A stretch of 64,000 nucleotides of DNA from an uncultured cyanobacterium. GTDB lineage: Bacteria > Cyanobacteriota > Cyanobacteriia > CAKZMO01. The translations under genes were made by a program, and so were the position numbers. The number at the start of each line of letters is the position of its first letter. The first letter of the stretch is position 1. The stretch covers positions 1 to 64,000 of the forward strand of contig CAVRCJ010000020.1 of assembly GCA_963719515.1 (NCBI GenBank), written 5' to 3'. This document shows positions 10,198 to 20,465 of the stretch, piece after piece. Under the pieces are notes generated by a model. The model was not told the DNA's origin. It saw only the letters and a list, made by a program, of their open reading frames with translations, and made no database searches.

Positions 10198-10328
10198 CGG
10201 GTGAACTCCAATAGGGCAATGCCAAGCACGGTCAGGATACTGTAGACAACGTTATACCAATTTGGGTGGGGCTTGCATAGGACTCATCTGGCAAGAGAAG
10301 TGGTCTCTCTCCTCGCGCCAGCCACGGC

Positions 10329-11663
10329 CTATCCCACCAAAAGATTCTCTTCCGGAAAATTAATGACGCTGGGCTTAGGATCTCCCAAGATGGCGGACAT
10401 CATTAGCAGTACGCCGACCCGTCCGACGTACATGGTGACAATCAAGATCATCTTGCCTGCAGTAGACAAGGTGGCCGTAATTCCAGTGGATAGCCCCACC
10501 GTCGCGAACGCAGAGACAGACTCAAATAAAATGCTGATGAATTCTATATCTGGGTTGGTGATCGCCACCAGGCTGGTCACGATGATGATCGTTACTCCAG
10601 AGCCAAATACGACGCCCACCGCTTTAATGATCAGCGACATCGGAATCTGCCGTCGATAGCACAGCACCTCTTCCTTACTTTGTAGCACCGCTTTCGTCGA
10701 GCTGAGCAAAATTCTCAGGGTGGTGGTTTTAATGCCGCCGCCGGTGCTGCCGGGGCTTGCTCCAACGTACATCAGTGCAATAGTCAAAAACAGCGTTGCG
10801 GTGGTCATCTCCCCGTAGTTGACCGAATTGAACCCCGCTGTACGGGGCATAACGGCGTGAAACCACGACACCATCAGCTTATCGATTCCATTGAGTCCGC
10901 CTAAAGTTGCCGGGTTGCGGTACTCAATCGCTAGAAACGCGATCGTGCCCGCCGCCAGCAAAAACAAGGTGGTGCTGGTAACGATTTTGAAGTTAAGCGA
11001 AAAAACAATGCAGGTGCGCTTGCCCTTGAGCCGCAGCTGCAGCCCCCGATAGAGCTCCATCAGGGTTTGATACCCCAAACCACCAATAATGATCAAGGCC
11101 GGAATCACTATGTTGACCAAAGGGTGAGTAGCATAGCCGACCAGACTATCTTCAAAGAGGCTAAAGCCCGCGTTGTTAAAGGCGCTAATGCTGTGAAACA
11201 CCGACAGCCACAGGCTATAGAGGCCGTCGTAGTCTTTGGAGAAGACGAAAAACAGCAGCAGCGTCCCGGTAATCTCAAACAGCAGCGTCAGAGAAATGAT
11301 CGACCTGACGAGCTGCACAGCCCCCGAGATTTCCGCCACGTCCAGCGACTTTTGGATCGCCAGCTTCTCTCTAAGGCCAAAGCGTCGCCCCAGAATCAGC
11401 AGCAAGAAGGTGGTGGCCGTCATGTAGCCCAGCCCGCCAATCTGAATCAGCAGTAAAATCACCAGCTCGCCGAAGCCAGAGTAGTAGGAGCCCGTGTCTA
11501 CCACGATCAGGCCCGTGACGCAGACCGCTGAGGTGGCCGTAAATACGGCAGTAACGCCATCGTTCCAGCCTCCTGCCGCGATGGAAATCGGCAGCATCAG
11601 CAGCGCCGTCCCGATCGCAATTAGAGTCAAAAAGCCAATACAAATGGTGCGGGAGACGGTCAT
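10329..11663 (-). CDS. ktrB: Ktr/Trk K+ uptake membrane subunit
   Basis: FTATSAVCVTGL, SAFNNAGF, RTAGF, GSTGGGIK, SAFATVGLS. Confidence 0.93.
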   Translation of the reverse strand: MTVSRTICIGFLTLIAIGTALLMLPISIAAGGWNDGVTAVFTATSAVCVTGLIVVDTGSYYSGFGELVILLLIQIGGLGYMTATTFLLLILGRRFGLREKLAIQKSLDVAEISGAVQLVRSIISLTLLFEITGTLLLFFVFSKDYDGLYSLWLSVFHSISAFNNAGFSLFEDSLVGYATHPLVNIVIPALIIIGGLGYQTLMELYRGLQLRLKGKRTCIVFSLNFKIVTSTTLFLLAAGTIAFLAIEYRNPATLGGLNGIDKLMVSWFHAVMPRTAGFNSVNYGEMTTATLFLTIALMYVGASPGSTGGGIKTTTLRILLSSTKAVLQSKEEVLCYRRQIPMSLIIKAVGVVFGSGVTIIIVTSLVAITNPDIEFISILFESVSAFATVGLSTGITATLSTAGKMILIVTMYVGRVGVLLMMSAILGDPKPSVINFPEENLLVG

Positions 11664-11726
11664 GGCAGTGCCAGAGTCGGTCTAGAGTCAATAATGAAGA
11701 TATCACGACAGTTAGCGGCTTAAGCG

Positions 11727-12572
11727 ATGGCAACCCTGCAGGAACAAATTCAGGCGTTCTACGATACCTCCTCCGGTCTGTGGGAGCAGATCTGGGGCGA
11801 GCATATGCACCACGGTTATTACGGCCCCAGCGGTCAGCAAAAAAAAGACCGCTACCAGGCCCAAATCGACCTAATAGAGGCGCTGCTGGGCTGGGGTGGG
11901 GTGACCCAGGCTCAAGAGATTTTAGACGCGGGCTGCGGCATCGGGGGCAGCGCGCTGTATTTGGCTAAAAAGTTCGACGCCACCGCCACCGGAATTACCC
12001 TCAGCCCGGTGCAGGCCCGGCGAGCCCAGGAGCGGGCAGTGGAAATGGGGATGACGGCGCGCTTTGAGGTGGCGGACGCGCTGGAGATGCCCTTTGCAGA
12101 TGGCTCGTTTGACCTAGTGTGGTCCCTGGAGAGCGGGGAGCATATGCCGGACAAAGAAAAGTTTATTGCGGAGTGCTACCGCGTCCTCAAGCCGGGGGGA
12201 ACGTTCTTGATGGCGGCCTGGTGCCACCGTCCCATTGAAGGGTTTCATCCGCCGCTAACGGCGGATGAGCAGGCGCACCTCGATAATCTCTACGAGGTCT
12301 ACTGCCTGCCCTACATCATCTCGATTCCGGCGTTTGAGGCGATCGCTCAGGAGACGGGCTTTCAAAACATCGCCACCGACGACTGGTCCGACGCAGTAGC
12401 CCCGTTTTGGGGGGAGGTGATTCGCTCGGCGTTTAGCCTGGAGGCCGTAGTGGGGCTTGTGCAGGCGGGGCCGAAGATTATTCAGGCCGCGCTGGCTATG
12501 CGGCTGATGAGCCAGGGCTACGAGCGGGGGTTGGTGAAGTTTGGGGTGCTGAGGGGCACAAAGGGGCCGTAA
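11727..12572 (+). CDS. Gamma-tocopherol O-methyltransferase family
   Basis: FYD.SSGLWE.IWGEHMHHGYY, ILDAGCGIGGS, WSLESGEHMPDK. Confidence 0.88.
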   Translation: MATLQEQIQAFYDTSSGLWEQIWGEHMHHGYYGPSGQQKKDRYQAQIDLIEALLGWGGVTQAQEILDAGCGIGGSALYLAKKFDATATGITLSPVQARRAQERAVEMGMTARFEVADALEMPFADGSFDLVWSLESGEHMPDKEKFIAECYRVLKPGGTFLMAAWCHRPIEGFHPPLTADEQAHLDNLYEVYCLPYIISIPAFEAIAQETGFQNIATDDWSDAVAPFWGEVIRSAFSLEAVVGLVQAGPKIIQAALAMRLMSQGYERGLVKFGVLRGTKGP

Positions 12573-12614
12573 TCAACGCCCGTGACCTACGCGGCTGCTT
12601 TATGTGGTGAACCG

Positions 12615-12812
12615 CTAATGAATATTGGCGATGCGAAACCCCATCTGACATTCGTACTGATCGGGCTGGTCCGACTTCGCTTTGGCGATCGCCCGTCCGC
12701 AGCCCAGGGTACCGTTGCGCCAGCGCGGCTGCCCTGCCTGATCGGCCATCAGGCAGCTTTGACAGACTGATTTAGGAGAGATGAGCTGATTTTCCATTAA
12801 AACGACGAGCAT
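12615..12812 (-). CDS. Small Cys-containing hypothetical protein
   Basis: ATG preceded by GGAGG on the minus strand; VCQSCLMA...ECQMGFRIA. Confidence 0.75.
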   Translation of the reverse strand: MLVVLMENQLISPKSVCQSCLMADQAGQPRWRNGTLGCGRAIAKAKSDQPDQYECQMGFRIANIH

Positions 12813-13053
12813 AATCTAACCCTCCAGGAGCTGCCTTTTGGACCTTGGAAAATCCTAGGGCATTGACCTATTTACTTACGATTGTAAGCAAACCTATCGG
12901 TTGATAGAGGATTTATTCGTATAATTAAGCACAAGTAAAGCCTTCTTAATCTTCATAGACCCTGACTTAGGTCTAGAAGACTCTCAAAGACGGACTCAAC
13001 AAGACACGCTACGATAAAAAACCGAGTGCCAATGATGAGCCTGGAGTTAACCG

Positions 13054-14334
13054 GTGAGCCAAACAAACTTTGATTTCTTAGCAGCAGACGACGCTGTAGC
13101 CCAGCTGGTTCGCAGCGAGCTGGGGCGGCAGCAGACCCACCTAGAGCTGATTGCCAGCGAGAACTTTACCTCTCCCGCCGTGATGGCGGCTCAGGGGTCG
13201 GTACTGACCAATAAGTATGCAGAGGGGCTGCCCCGCAAGCGCTACTACGGCGGCTGCGAGTTCGTCGATGAAATCGAGCAGATCGCCATCGACCGCGTTA
13301 AGCAGCTGTTTGGGGCCGCCCACGCCAACGTGCAGCCCCACTCCGGCGCTCAGGCTAACTTCGCTGTTTTCCTGACCCTACTTCAGCCCGGCGACACCAT
13401 CCTCGGCATGAATCTGTCCCACGGCGGCCACCTGACCCATGGCTCACCGGTGAATGTATCGGGGAAGTGGTTTAACGCCTGCCACTACGGCGTCAGCCCC
13501 GAAACCGAAACGCTTGACTACGATGAAATTCGCGCGCTGGCGCTGCAGCACAAGCCTAAGCTGATTATCTGCGGCTACTCCGCCTACCCCCGCACCATCC
13601 ATTTCGACCGCTTCCGGGCGATCGCCGATGAGGTGGGGGCCTATTTGCTGGCCGACATCGCCCATATTGCCGGCTTGGTAGCCACTGGACATCACCCCAA
13701 CCCACTGCCCTACTGCGATGTGGTCACCACCACCACCCACAAGACCCTGCGGGGACCGAGGGGCGGCCTAATTATGACCAAGGACGCCGATCTGGGCAAA
13801 AAGCTGGATAAAGCGGTCTTCCCCGGCAGCCAGGGCGGCCCGCTGGAGCATGTGATTGCGGCGAAAGCAGTGGCCTTTGGCGAAGCGCTGGCTCCCGAGT
13901 TCAAGGCCTACTCCGCTCAGGTGATTGCCAACGCCCAGGCGCTGGGGGACCAGCTTCAGGCCCGCGACATCAAGCTGGTGACCGGCGGAACCGACAATCA
14001 TCTGACGCTGCTCGACCTGCGGTGCATCGGTATGACGGGCAAGGTGGCCGACCTACTGGTCAGCGAAATTAACATCACGGCCAACAAAAACACGGTTCCC
14101 TTCGACCCGGAATCGCCGTTTGTCACCAGCGGCCTGCGCCTCGGCTCTCCGGCAATGACCACCCGCGGTCTCAAGGAAGACGACTTTAGGGAAATCGCCA
14201 ACATCATTGCCGATCGCCTCCACCAGCCCGAGGATGAGGCTGTCGTCGCCAGGTGCCGTCAGCGCGTCCAGACGCTCTGCAAGCGCTTCCCGCTCTATCC
14301 ACATTTGTCGGGTCCGGTACCGGCGATGGTCTGA
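13054..14334 (+). CDS. glyA: Serine hydroxymethyltransferase
   Basis: [32 protein letters not shown]. Confidence 0.99.
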   Translation: MSQTNFDFLAADDAVAQLVRSELGRQQTHLELIASENFTSPAVMAAQGSVLTNKYAEGLPRKRYYGGCEFVDEIEQIAIDRVKQLFGAAHANVQPHSGAQANFAVFLTLLQPGDTILGMNLSHGGHLTHGSPVNVSGKWFNACHYGVSPETETLDYDEIRALALQHKPKLIICGYSAYPRTIHFDRFRAIADEVGAYLLADIAHIAGLVATGHHPNPLPYCDVVTTTTHKTLRGPRGGLIMTKDADLGKKLDKAVFPGSQGGPLEHVIAAKAVAFGEALAPEFKAYSAQVIANAQALGDQLQARDIKLVTGGTDNHLTLLDLRCIGMTGKVADLLVSEINITANKNTVPFDPESPFVTSGLRLGSPAMTTRGLKEDDFREIANIIADRLHQPEDEAVVARCRQRVQTLCKRFPLYPHLSGPVPAMV

Positions 14335-14373
14335 GCAGTGATGGTTTGGGCAGTGATGTGAGCAGTGATGGTT
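14332..14373. repeat. Short tandem repeat TGAGCAGTGATGGTT x3 (middle copy truncated)
   Basis: tgagcagtgatggtt tgggcagtgatg tgagcagtgatggtt, starting at the glyA stop codon. Confidence 0.8.
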
Positions 14374-14501
14374 TAGGCCGCGACAGCATTTTGGCCCAGG
14401 TGGTTTATGCTAGTGGGTGAATTTGCTCTGTCGTTATTAACTACCGTCTCACTGCCCTAGCGCCGGCTAGAGAAGGCACTGCTGCGGTTACTCCTGCGAG
14501 T

Positions 14502-15560
14502 GTGATGCCACCCATACCCTCCGAGCTATACCATCTGCTTGCCTTTATCATCTCTGCCGTCGTCGTCTTGCTCAGTACCCCTGTGGTGCGCTCAATTGGC
14601 CTGACCAGCGGCCGCGTCGATCAGCCCAACGAGCGCAAGATGCACCACCAGCCCATGGTGCGTTTGGGCGGTATCTCTATCTTTTTGGGGGCACTGACGG
14701 CGCTGCTCGTAGTCTGGGGGTTGGGGGGCTTTGGCATTCTGCCCCCCCACAAAGAATATGAGATTTGGGGGGTCACCGTCGGGGGACTGGCATTCTTCCT
14801 GATTGGTTTGGCGGACGACCTGTTTGACCTATCGCCGTTTGTGCGGCTGGGCATTCAGTCTTTGGTGGCGGGTGCCGCCTGGTATGTGGGGGTGAAAATT
14901 GGCTTCGTCGATATCCCTACAGTCGGTATCACCCAGCTTCCAGAGCTGGTTAGCCTGCTGGCAACCGTGGTTTGGCTGGTAGGTATGGCCAACGCCATCA
15001 ACTGGATAGATGGGCTAGATGGCCTAGCTGCCGGGGTCTCGGGCATCGCTGCGGTGATCATGCTGGTCGTCAGCCTGTTCATGAATCAGCCGGCTGCTGC
15101 TCTCGTGGTAGCGGCCCTTGCCGGAGGGACATTGGGCTTCTTGCGCTACAACTTCAACCCGGCCCAGATTTTTATGGGGGACGGCGGAGCCTACTACATT
15201 GGGTTTACCCTGGCGGGGGTCGGCGTCATTGGTTTGGTCAAAAGCCTGACGACGGTGGCGGTACTGCTGCCATTCCTGATTTTGGCCGTGCCTATTTTAG
15301 ATATGTCTGCGGTGATTATCGACCGGCTGCGCCACGGCAAGTCGCCCTTTGCCGCAGACAACCGTCACCTGCACCACCGGCTTTTAAACGCGGGTCTGTC
15401 CCACCGGCTGACGGTGCTGTTTATCTATTCTCTGACCCTGTGGGTGGGTAGCATTGCCCTAGCGATCGCCAAGATTCCTAGCGGCCCCATCTACGCTAGC
15501 GCCGCTACCGCTCTGCTGATCTATACCTGCTGGAAGGCGAAGACAACCCGCTTAGAATAG
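14502..15560 (+). CDS. WecA/TagO/MraY-family (Glycos_transf_4) polyprenyl-phosphate GlcNAc-1-P transferase
   Basis: Multi-TM; GLADD, NAINWIDGLDGLA, IFMGDGG, HLHHRL. Confidence 0.92.
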   Translation: MMPPIPSELYHLLAFIISAVVVLLSTPVVRSIGLTSGRVDQPNERKMHHQPMVRLGGISIFLGALTALLVVWGLGGFGILPPHKEYEIWGVTVGGLAFFLIGLADDLFDLSPFVRLGIQSLVAGAAWYVGVKIGFVDIPTVGITQLPELVSLLATVVWLVGMANAINWIDGLDGLAAGVSGIAAVIMLVVSLFMNQPAAALVVAALAGGTLGFLRYNFNPAQIFMGDGGAYYIGFTLAGVGVIGLVKSLTTVAVLLPFLILAVPILDMSAVIIDRLRHGKSPFAADNRHLHHRLLNAGLSHRLTVLFIYSLTLWVGSIALAIAKIPSGPIYASAATALLIYTCWKAKTTRLE

Positions 15561-15618
15561 ACCGTAGCCTATAGAAGAGCGCCGCCTTGGACCCCATACT
15601 GCACCTGGATACTCAAGC

Positions 15619-16884
15619 ATGACCCACGCCGAAGTAGTCTGTGTTGGAACCGAGCTGCTGCTGGGCGAAATCCTCAACACCAACGCTCAGTTTTTGGCAC
15701 AGCAGCTTGCCCAGCTCGGCATTCCCCACTACTACCAAACGGTGGTGGGCGATAACGTGCAGCGGCTGCAAAAGGTGGTTTCTCTGGCCTGCGAGCGATC
15801 GCGGTTGCTTATTTTTACGGGTGGTCTTGGCCCAACGCCCGACGACCTGACCACCGAGACTCTGGCGGGCTTTTTCGACGTACCTCTTGAAGAGCGCCCC
15901 GAGATCCTAGCCAGCCTAGATGAGAAATACGCCCACCGCACTCAGGCAATGGCCGTCAGCAACCGCAAGCAGGCGCTGATGCCCAAAGGGGCCAAGATTT
16001 TGCCTAACCCTGTCGGTAGCGCTCCCGGCATCATCTGGTCCCCGCGACCAGGTCTGACAATCATGACATTTCCAGGGGTGCCGCGCGAGATGCAGGCCAT
16101 GTGGCAAGAGACGGCGGTCCCCCATCTCAAGGCTCAGGGCTGGGTGACCTCGACCTTAGTGAGCCGTATCCTTCGCCATTGGGGCGTTCCAGAATCAACC
16201 CTGGCTGAGAAGGTGCAGCCTTTCTTTGATTTGGACAATCCTACGGTTGCTCCTTATGCGGGTAAAGGGGAGGTGCGGCTGCGGATTACTGCTAGTGCCG
16301 CCTCTACAGAAGAAGCCTACGCGCTGATTACGCCTGTAGAACAGCAGCTGAGGGCAGCGGTGGGTGAAGACTGCTTTGGAACCGACGATGAGACTCTTGC
16401 GTCTGTGGTAGGAGACCAGCTCCGTCAGCAAGGACAGACCCTCTCAGTCGCTGAGTCCTGCACGGGAGGAGGATTGGGTCATCAGCTCACGCAAGTGCCG
16501 GGCAGCTCAGCCTACTTCAGGGGCGGCGTCATTGCCTACGACAACAGCGTTAAGCAGGCGATGCTGTCCGTACAGGCCGATGCGCTGCAGGAGCAGGGGG
16601 CGGTGAGTGCGATCGTCGCGGAGCAAATGGCCCTTGGGGTGAAGCAGCTACTGCAGACGACCTGGGGGCTGAGCGTTACGGGAATCGCCGGACCAGAGGG
16701 AGGCACGGTAGAGAAACCCGTGGGTCTAGTCTATATTGGCCTTGCCGGTCCGGACGGCGTTCAATCTTTCTGCCATCGCTTTGCGGCCTACCGGGGCCGA
16801 GACTGGGTCCGCTGGTTGAGCATTTGCAGCGCCTTAGATCACCTGCGGCGGCACCACAGCGCCCTCAGCTCCGCTAGCCCCTAA
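15619..16884 (+). CDS. cinA: Competence/damage-inducible protein A (MoCF-biosynthesis-like domain + NMN deamidase)
   Basis: VGTELLLG, GGLGPTPDDLT, AESCTGG, TGIAGP. Confidence 0.96.
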   Translation: MTHAEVVCVGTELLLGEILNTNAQFLAQQLAQLGIPHYYQTVVGDNVQRLQKVVSLACERSRLLIFTGGLGPTPDDLTTETLAGFFDVPLEERPEILASLDEKYAHRTQAMAVSNRKQALMPKGAKILPNPVGSAPGIIWSPRPGLTIMTFPGVPREMQAMWQETAVPHLKAQGWVTSTLVSRILRHWGVPESTLAEKVQPFFDLDNPTVAPYAGKGEVRLRITASAASTEEAYALITPVEQQLRAAVGEDCFGTDDETLASVVGDQLRQQGQTLSVAESCTGGGLGHQLTQVPGSSAYFRGGVIAYDNSVKQAMLSVQADALQEQGAVSAIVAEQMALGVKQLLQTTWGLSVTGIAGPEGGTVEKPVGLVYIGLAGPDGVQSFCHRFAAYRGRDWVRWLSICSALDHLRRHHSALSSASP

Positions 16885-17127
16885 TTCTCTAACGTCTTTA
16901 CAAAAGGTAACGTTTCCAGCTATCCTCCTAAAGGCATATTTCCCGTCAGCGCTACAGAATATATACCTAGAGGATTCCTAACGCGAATCTGACTTGATCA
17001 TTTCTAAGGATTCGCTATGATTAGGTAAAGGCACATATGCCTCCCTACTGCCACAGGTTGGTACAAACCGATAAGGCTGAGTAGGTGTTGATTGTCGAGT
17101 GGCGTCTGTATTGGAGTAACTGAAGCG

Positions 17128-17259
17128 ATGGATTTCATCGAAGACTTGCTTGAAAAGGTAAAGGATTGGGTCCAACAGCTATTAGATTCATTGACCGGTT
17201 CCGGCGCTCAGCCTGAGCCTGAACCTATTCCCATTCCCGTGAACGAGCGTCGTTATTGA
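17128..17259 (+). CDS. 43-aa small protein [43 protein letters not shown] (absent from the ORF track)
   Basis: ATG with GGAG upstream; amphipathic helix then [16 protein letters not shown] double stop. Confidence 0.75.
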   Translation: MDFIEDLLEKVKDWVQQLLDSLTGSGAQPEPEPIPIPVNERRY

Positions 17260-17744
17260 TAAGCGCTCAGGGTATAGCAGACGCACCGCGAGCTAATTTG
17301 TTGCATTCGATTCTTGTCTTGCATGGCCCTAACCTCAACTTGCTTGGGCAGCGCGAGCCCGAAGTCTATGGAAAGCTGACGTTAGACCGCATCAATCAGC
17401 TACTGCTTTCGGAAGCTAAGCTTCTCCAGGTTGACCTGTCTGTATCTCAATCAAACCAAGAAGGGGTTTTGATTGATTGGATTCAGGAAGCCTTGGGCCA
17501 GCACGATGGCCTTTTAATCAATCCGGGAGCCTACACTCATACGAGCGTGGGTATTCGCGATGCAATATCCGCTGTTGCTCTGCCGACCGTTGAAGTGCAC
17601 ATGAGCAATGTTTACAAGCGGGAGTCGTTTCGCCACCGCTCTTTTATTGCCCCAGTAGCTGTTGGTCAGATCAGCGGCTTTGGGGCAGAAAGCTACAGGC
17701 TTGGGCTACAAGCGCTGGTGCATCACCTCGGCACAGCTTGTTAA
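17256..17744 (+). CDS. aroQ: Type II 3-dehydroquinate dehydratase (real start probably TTG near 17298)
   Basis: [35 protein letters not shown]. Confidence 0.96.
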   Translation: MISAQGIADAPRANLLHSILVLHGPNLNLLGQREPEVYGKLTLDRINQLLLSEAKLLQVDLSVSQSNQEGVLIDWIQEALGQHDGLLINPGAYTHTSVGIRDAISAVALPTVEVHMSNVYKRESFRHRSFIAPVAVGQISGFGAESYRLGLQALVHHLGTAC

Positions 17745-17800
17745 AATCGCACCTGTGAGCAAACTGGAGGCTATAAACGGCAAAAGGCAGCTAGCTCAGT

Positions 17801-18451
17801 TCAGGCCATTTGGTTTTCGAGCGCCCAGCGGGCAAGCTCAGTTCTGTTGTGCAGTCCCGTCTTGCCCAGCATGTTGCTGACGTGGCTTTCAATGGTGCGC
17901 TGGCTCACCTTCAGCTCTTGGGCAATCTCTCGGTTCGCCATTCCTCGGGCAACAAATTGGACCACTCTCAGCTCAGTGGGGGTTAGCTCCACGTCGAACG
18001 GAACCTGAATTCTGTGGGCCCCATCGCCGCCGCGGCTAGGCTGACGCACCATCAATCGCGACGCCTGCTTTAAAGAAGACTCAACCTGGGCTACTAGCTC
18101 TTCAGGCTCAAACGGCTTGACCATATAGACGTCTGCCCCCGTGCTGAGACCCTTCACCTTGTCCTGACTCTGCCCCTTTGCCGACAAAAACAAAACCGGG
18201 ATCCAGTTTGTCTTAGGGTCTTGACGGACGTGCTCAACTAAGGAGTAGCCATCCATTTCAGGCATCATCACATCACAGATGATCATATCTGGCATGTCTT
18301 CTCCAAGGATATCTAGAGCTTCACGGCCATTTTCAGCCGTTATCACGTCGTAGCCTCGGAACTCTAGATAATCTTTGACTAATAAGATCAAGTTCGGATC
18401 GTCATCGATCAGCAAAAGCCGCTTGTTTTCGCCTGTACTATTATCCTTCAT
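17801..18451 (-). CDS. ycf29: NarL/LuxR-family response regulator, Rre1/Ycf29-type (start ATG at 18451 assumed)
   Basis: LLLIDDDPNLILLVKDYLEFRGY receiver domain; LTPTE..V..FVARGMANREIA..SQRTIESHVSNML LuxR HTH. Confidence 0.85.
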   Translation of the reverse strand: MKDNSTGENKRLLLIDDDPNLILLVKDYLEFRGYDVITAENGREALDILGEDMPDMIICDVMMPEMDGYSLVEHVRQDPKTNWIPVLFLSAKGQSQDKVKGLSTGADVYMVKPFEPEELVAQVESSLKQASRLMVRQPSRGGDGAHRIQVPFDVELTPTELRVVQFVARGMANREIAQELKVSQRTIESHVSNMLGKTGLHNRTELARWALENQMA

Positions 18452-18990
18452 GCTCTCCAATACCATCATGCTTGAGCAGCACAGCAGCCGATCCTCTCTC
18501 AGCCAAAACGGCGTTGACCCTCGGTTTGCTGAGTCAATTGGACCGGTCGCTGTGGGTTGAGCCTCGATCGAGCGTTTGCTCACAGTAAAATCATCTAGCC
18601 GCCTCATACTCTTCGTAGGGAAATGTAGGCGTCAGGACACGACTGTTTCGGATCAAACGAGGCAGTTGGCACTAAACAAACCTTGACCACAGCTACAGCC
18701 GAGCGCTGCAGTAGGGTTGACGGCTAAATGCTATGAGGAACCCGTAACATGGCGCTGGTTACCCAGCAATTATAGCTAAGAACTTTCGGGGGTACCGTAA
18801 ACTTTTGAGCTATTGGCCAAGCCATATTGCTAGACTGCCGCATCCCGGAGCTGCTTTATCATCTTAGTCCAATGTTCCTTTGTTGCTTTGAGCAACGCAG
18901 CAATTCTCAGTTTGATACAGAGAATAACCGCCACAGGCGAACAACAGGTTCAGCTTGCCCGCAGCTTACATGCTGTCGGAGGTCAGCCTC

Positions 18991-19812
18991 TCACCCTCCC
19001 ATTTCACCAGCGGCGATCGCGGCAAAGGCAGCTAGGGAAATTGCCTCCGTCCACTCAACAACCGCCCCGTAGGTGTCTCCCGTATGGCCCCCCAGTCGCC
19101 AGGCGAGCCAGGCTCCCGTAGCCCAGGCGATCGCCGCCCATACCGCTGCCCCCCCAAGCCATAGGGGCCAGCCCCCTGCATTTAGCAACCCCCAGTGCAT
19201 TCCCAGCAAGAGCACCAGGCTGGGAAAAGCCGAGCGCAGCGAAGGCAAGGCCTGCTTATGCATAGCCCCCTTACCCTCCGCTTTGAGATAGGGATAGCGG
19301 GCGATCGCGACCTGCTGACCCCAGCGCCCCCAGCCTGCCGCCAAAATCAGCGCTGCGCTGCGGTATTGCCCAATGTCGCTGAGGGCGATCGCCTTCAAAA
19401 GCAGGACAGCGGCTCCAGCGATCGCCCCAAAGGCTCCCACCCGGCTATCCGCCATCACCGTGAGCCGATGCTGTGGGTCCAAGACGGCGAGGCCATCTGC
19501 TGTATCCATGACGCCGTCTAGATGTAGCCCTCCAGTAATCCAGACCCAGACGAGGGTAACGACGACGCTGCAGGTTGCCACCGGCAGCCCAAGCCTCAGC
19601 AGTCCAGCATCGACCCCGGCCAGAGTAGCCCCGATGATTAAGCCGGCGCAGGGAGCAAAGCGCGCTACCCTATCAAACTTTGAACACCACCGGGATGGCA
19701 CCGGAAAGCGAGTGTAGAACATAATAGCGGCGGCAAAGCTGCTGAGCCCATTTTTTACAAATTGACCCAGGCTACAGCGGCTCAAATTGCATCTACCAAA
19801 GCGGCTCCCCAA
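18991..19812 (-). CDS. cobS: Adenosylcobinamide-GDP ribazoletransferase
   Basis: FYTRFP, TGGLHLDGVMDTADGL, MADSRVGAFG, GGHTGDTYGA. Confidence 0.95.
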   Translation of the reverse strand: MGSRFGRCNLSRCSLGQFVKNGLSSFAAAIMFYTRFPVPSRWCSKFDRVARFAPCAGLIIGATLAGVDAGLLRLGLPVATCSVVVTLVWVWITGGLHLDGVMDTADGLAVLDPQHRLTVMADSRVGAFGAIAGAAVLLLKAIALSDIGQYRSAALILAAGWGRWGQQVAIARYPYLKAEGKGAMHKQALPSLRSAFPSLVLLLGMHWGLLNAGGWPLWLGGAAVWAAIAWATGAWLAWRLGGHTGDTYGAVVEWTEAISLAAFAAIAAGEMGG

Positions 19813-20003
19813 TCTTTTTTGAAAACTCTCAGTAAATTTACAGATAACCCCTCCTATCGGTTGAAGACTATTAATAATGTTCCGTAGTCCCTGTCAAGAA
19901 ACCCGACAGAGACGTGAGATAGAATCGGCCGTATTGTGATCGAAATCATAGGGCTGTCAGATACCGTCAGACCGGTAGACATTTAACACTCATACTGCAA
20001 ACA

Positions 20004-20465
20004 ATGACCTATAATCGCTCCGCCAGAGGCCCAAACCTGCCAGCACCCTGTCTTGTCGATGTGGGCACGATCATCAATAAGCAAGACATGCGCCGCGTCC
20101 TATCTAACCTAGGGGCGGTGCGCTACGCCTACCTAGATGAAAAGACCTGTCTTCAGGAAAACGATGGCTACGTGATTGAGGTCTTTTCCGACCCGCATCA
20201 GGCGACGCTCGTCGTCAATCACACGCTTTACCTCAACATCTGTAGCTTCGACTATATCGATCTAAGACGATCAGGCAACGAGGCTTACTTCGACTTAGTG
20301 CAAGACAATCGGCGGCTGCGGTTAATACCGCTATCGAGCCCTCTACACGAACAGACCGAGCATGCAATAGAGATGGCGTCTTTAGAAGCCATGGTGTCTG
20401 ATGTGCTGGCGTCTAATTCTGATATAGACACGAGCCTAGATGCTAAGGACAGCGATCTGCCTTAG
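20004..20465 (+). CDS. Hypothetical protein
   Basis: Clean ORF filling the gap between cobS and the MocR gene. Confidence 0.75.
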   Translation: MTYNRSARGPNLPAPCLVDVGTIINKQDMRRVLSNLGAVRYAYLDEKTCLQENDGYVIEVFSDPHQATLVVNHTLYLNICSFDYIDLRRSGNEAYFDLVQDNRRLRLIPLSSPLHEQTEHAIEMASLEAMVSDVLASNSDIDTSLDAKDSDLP

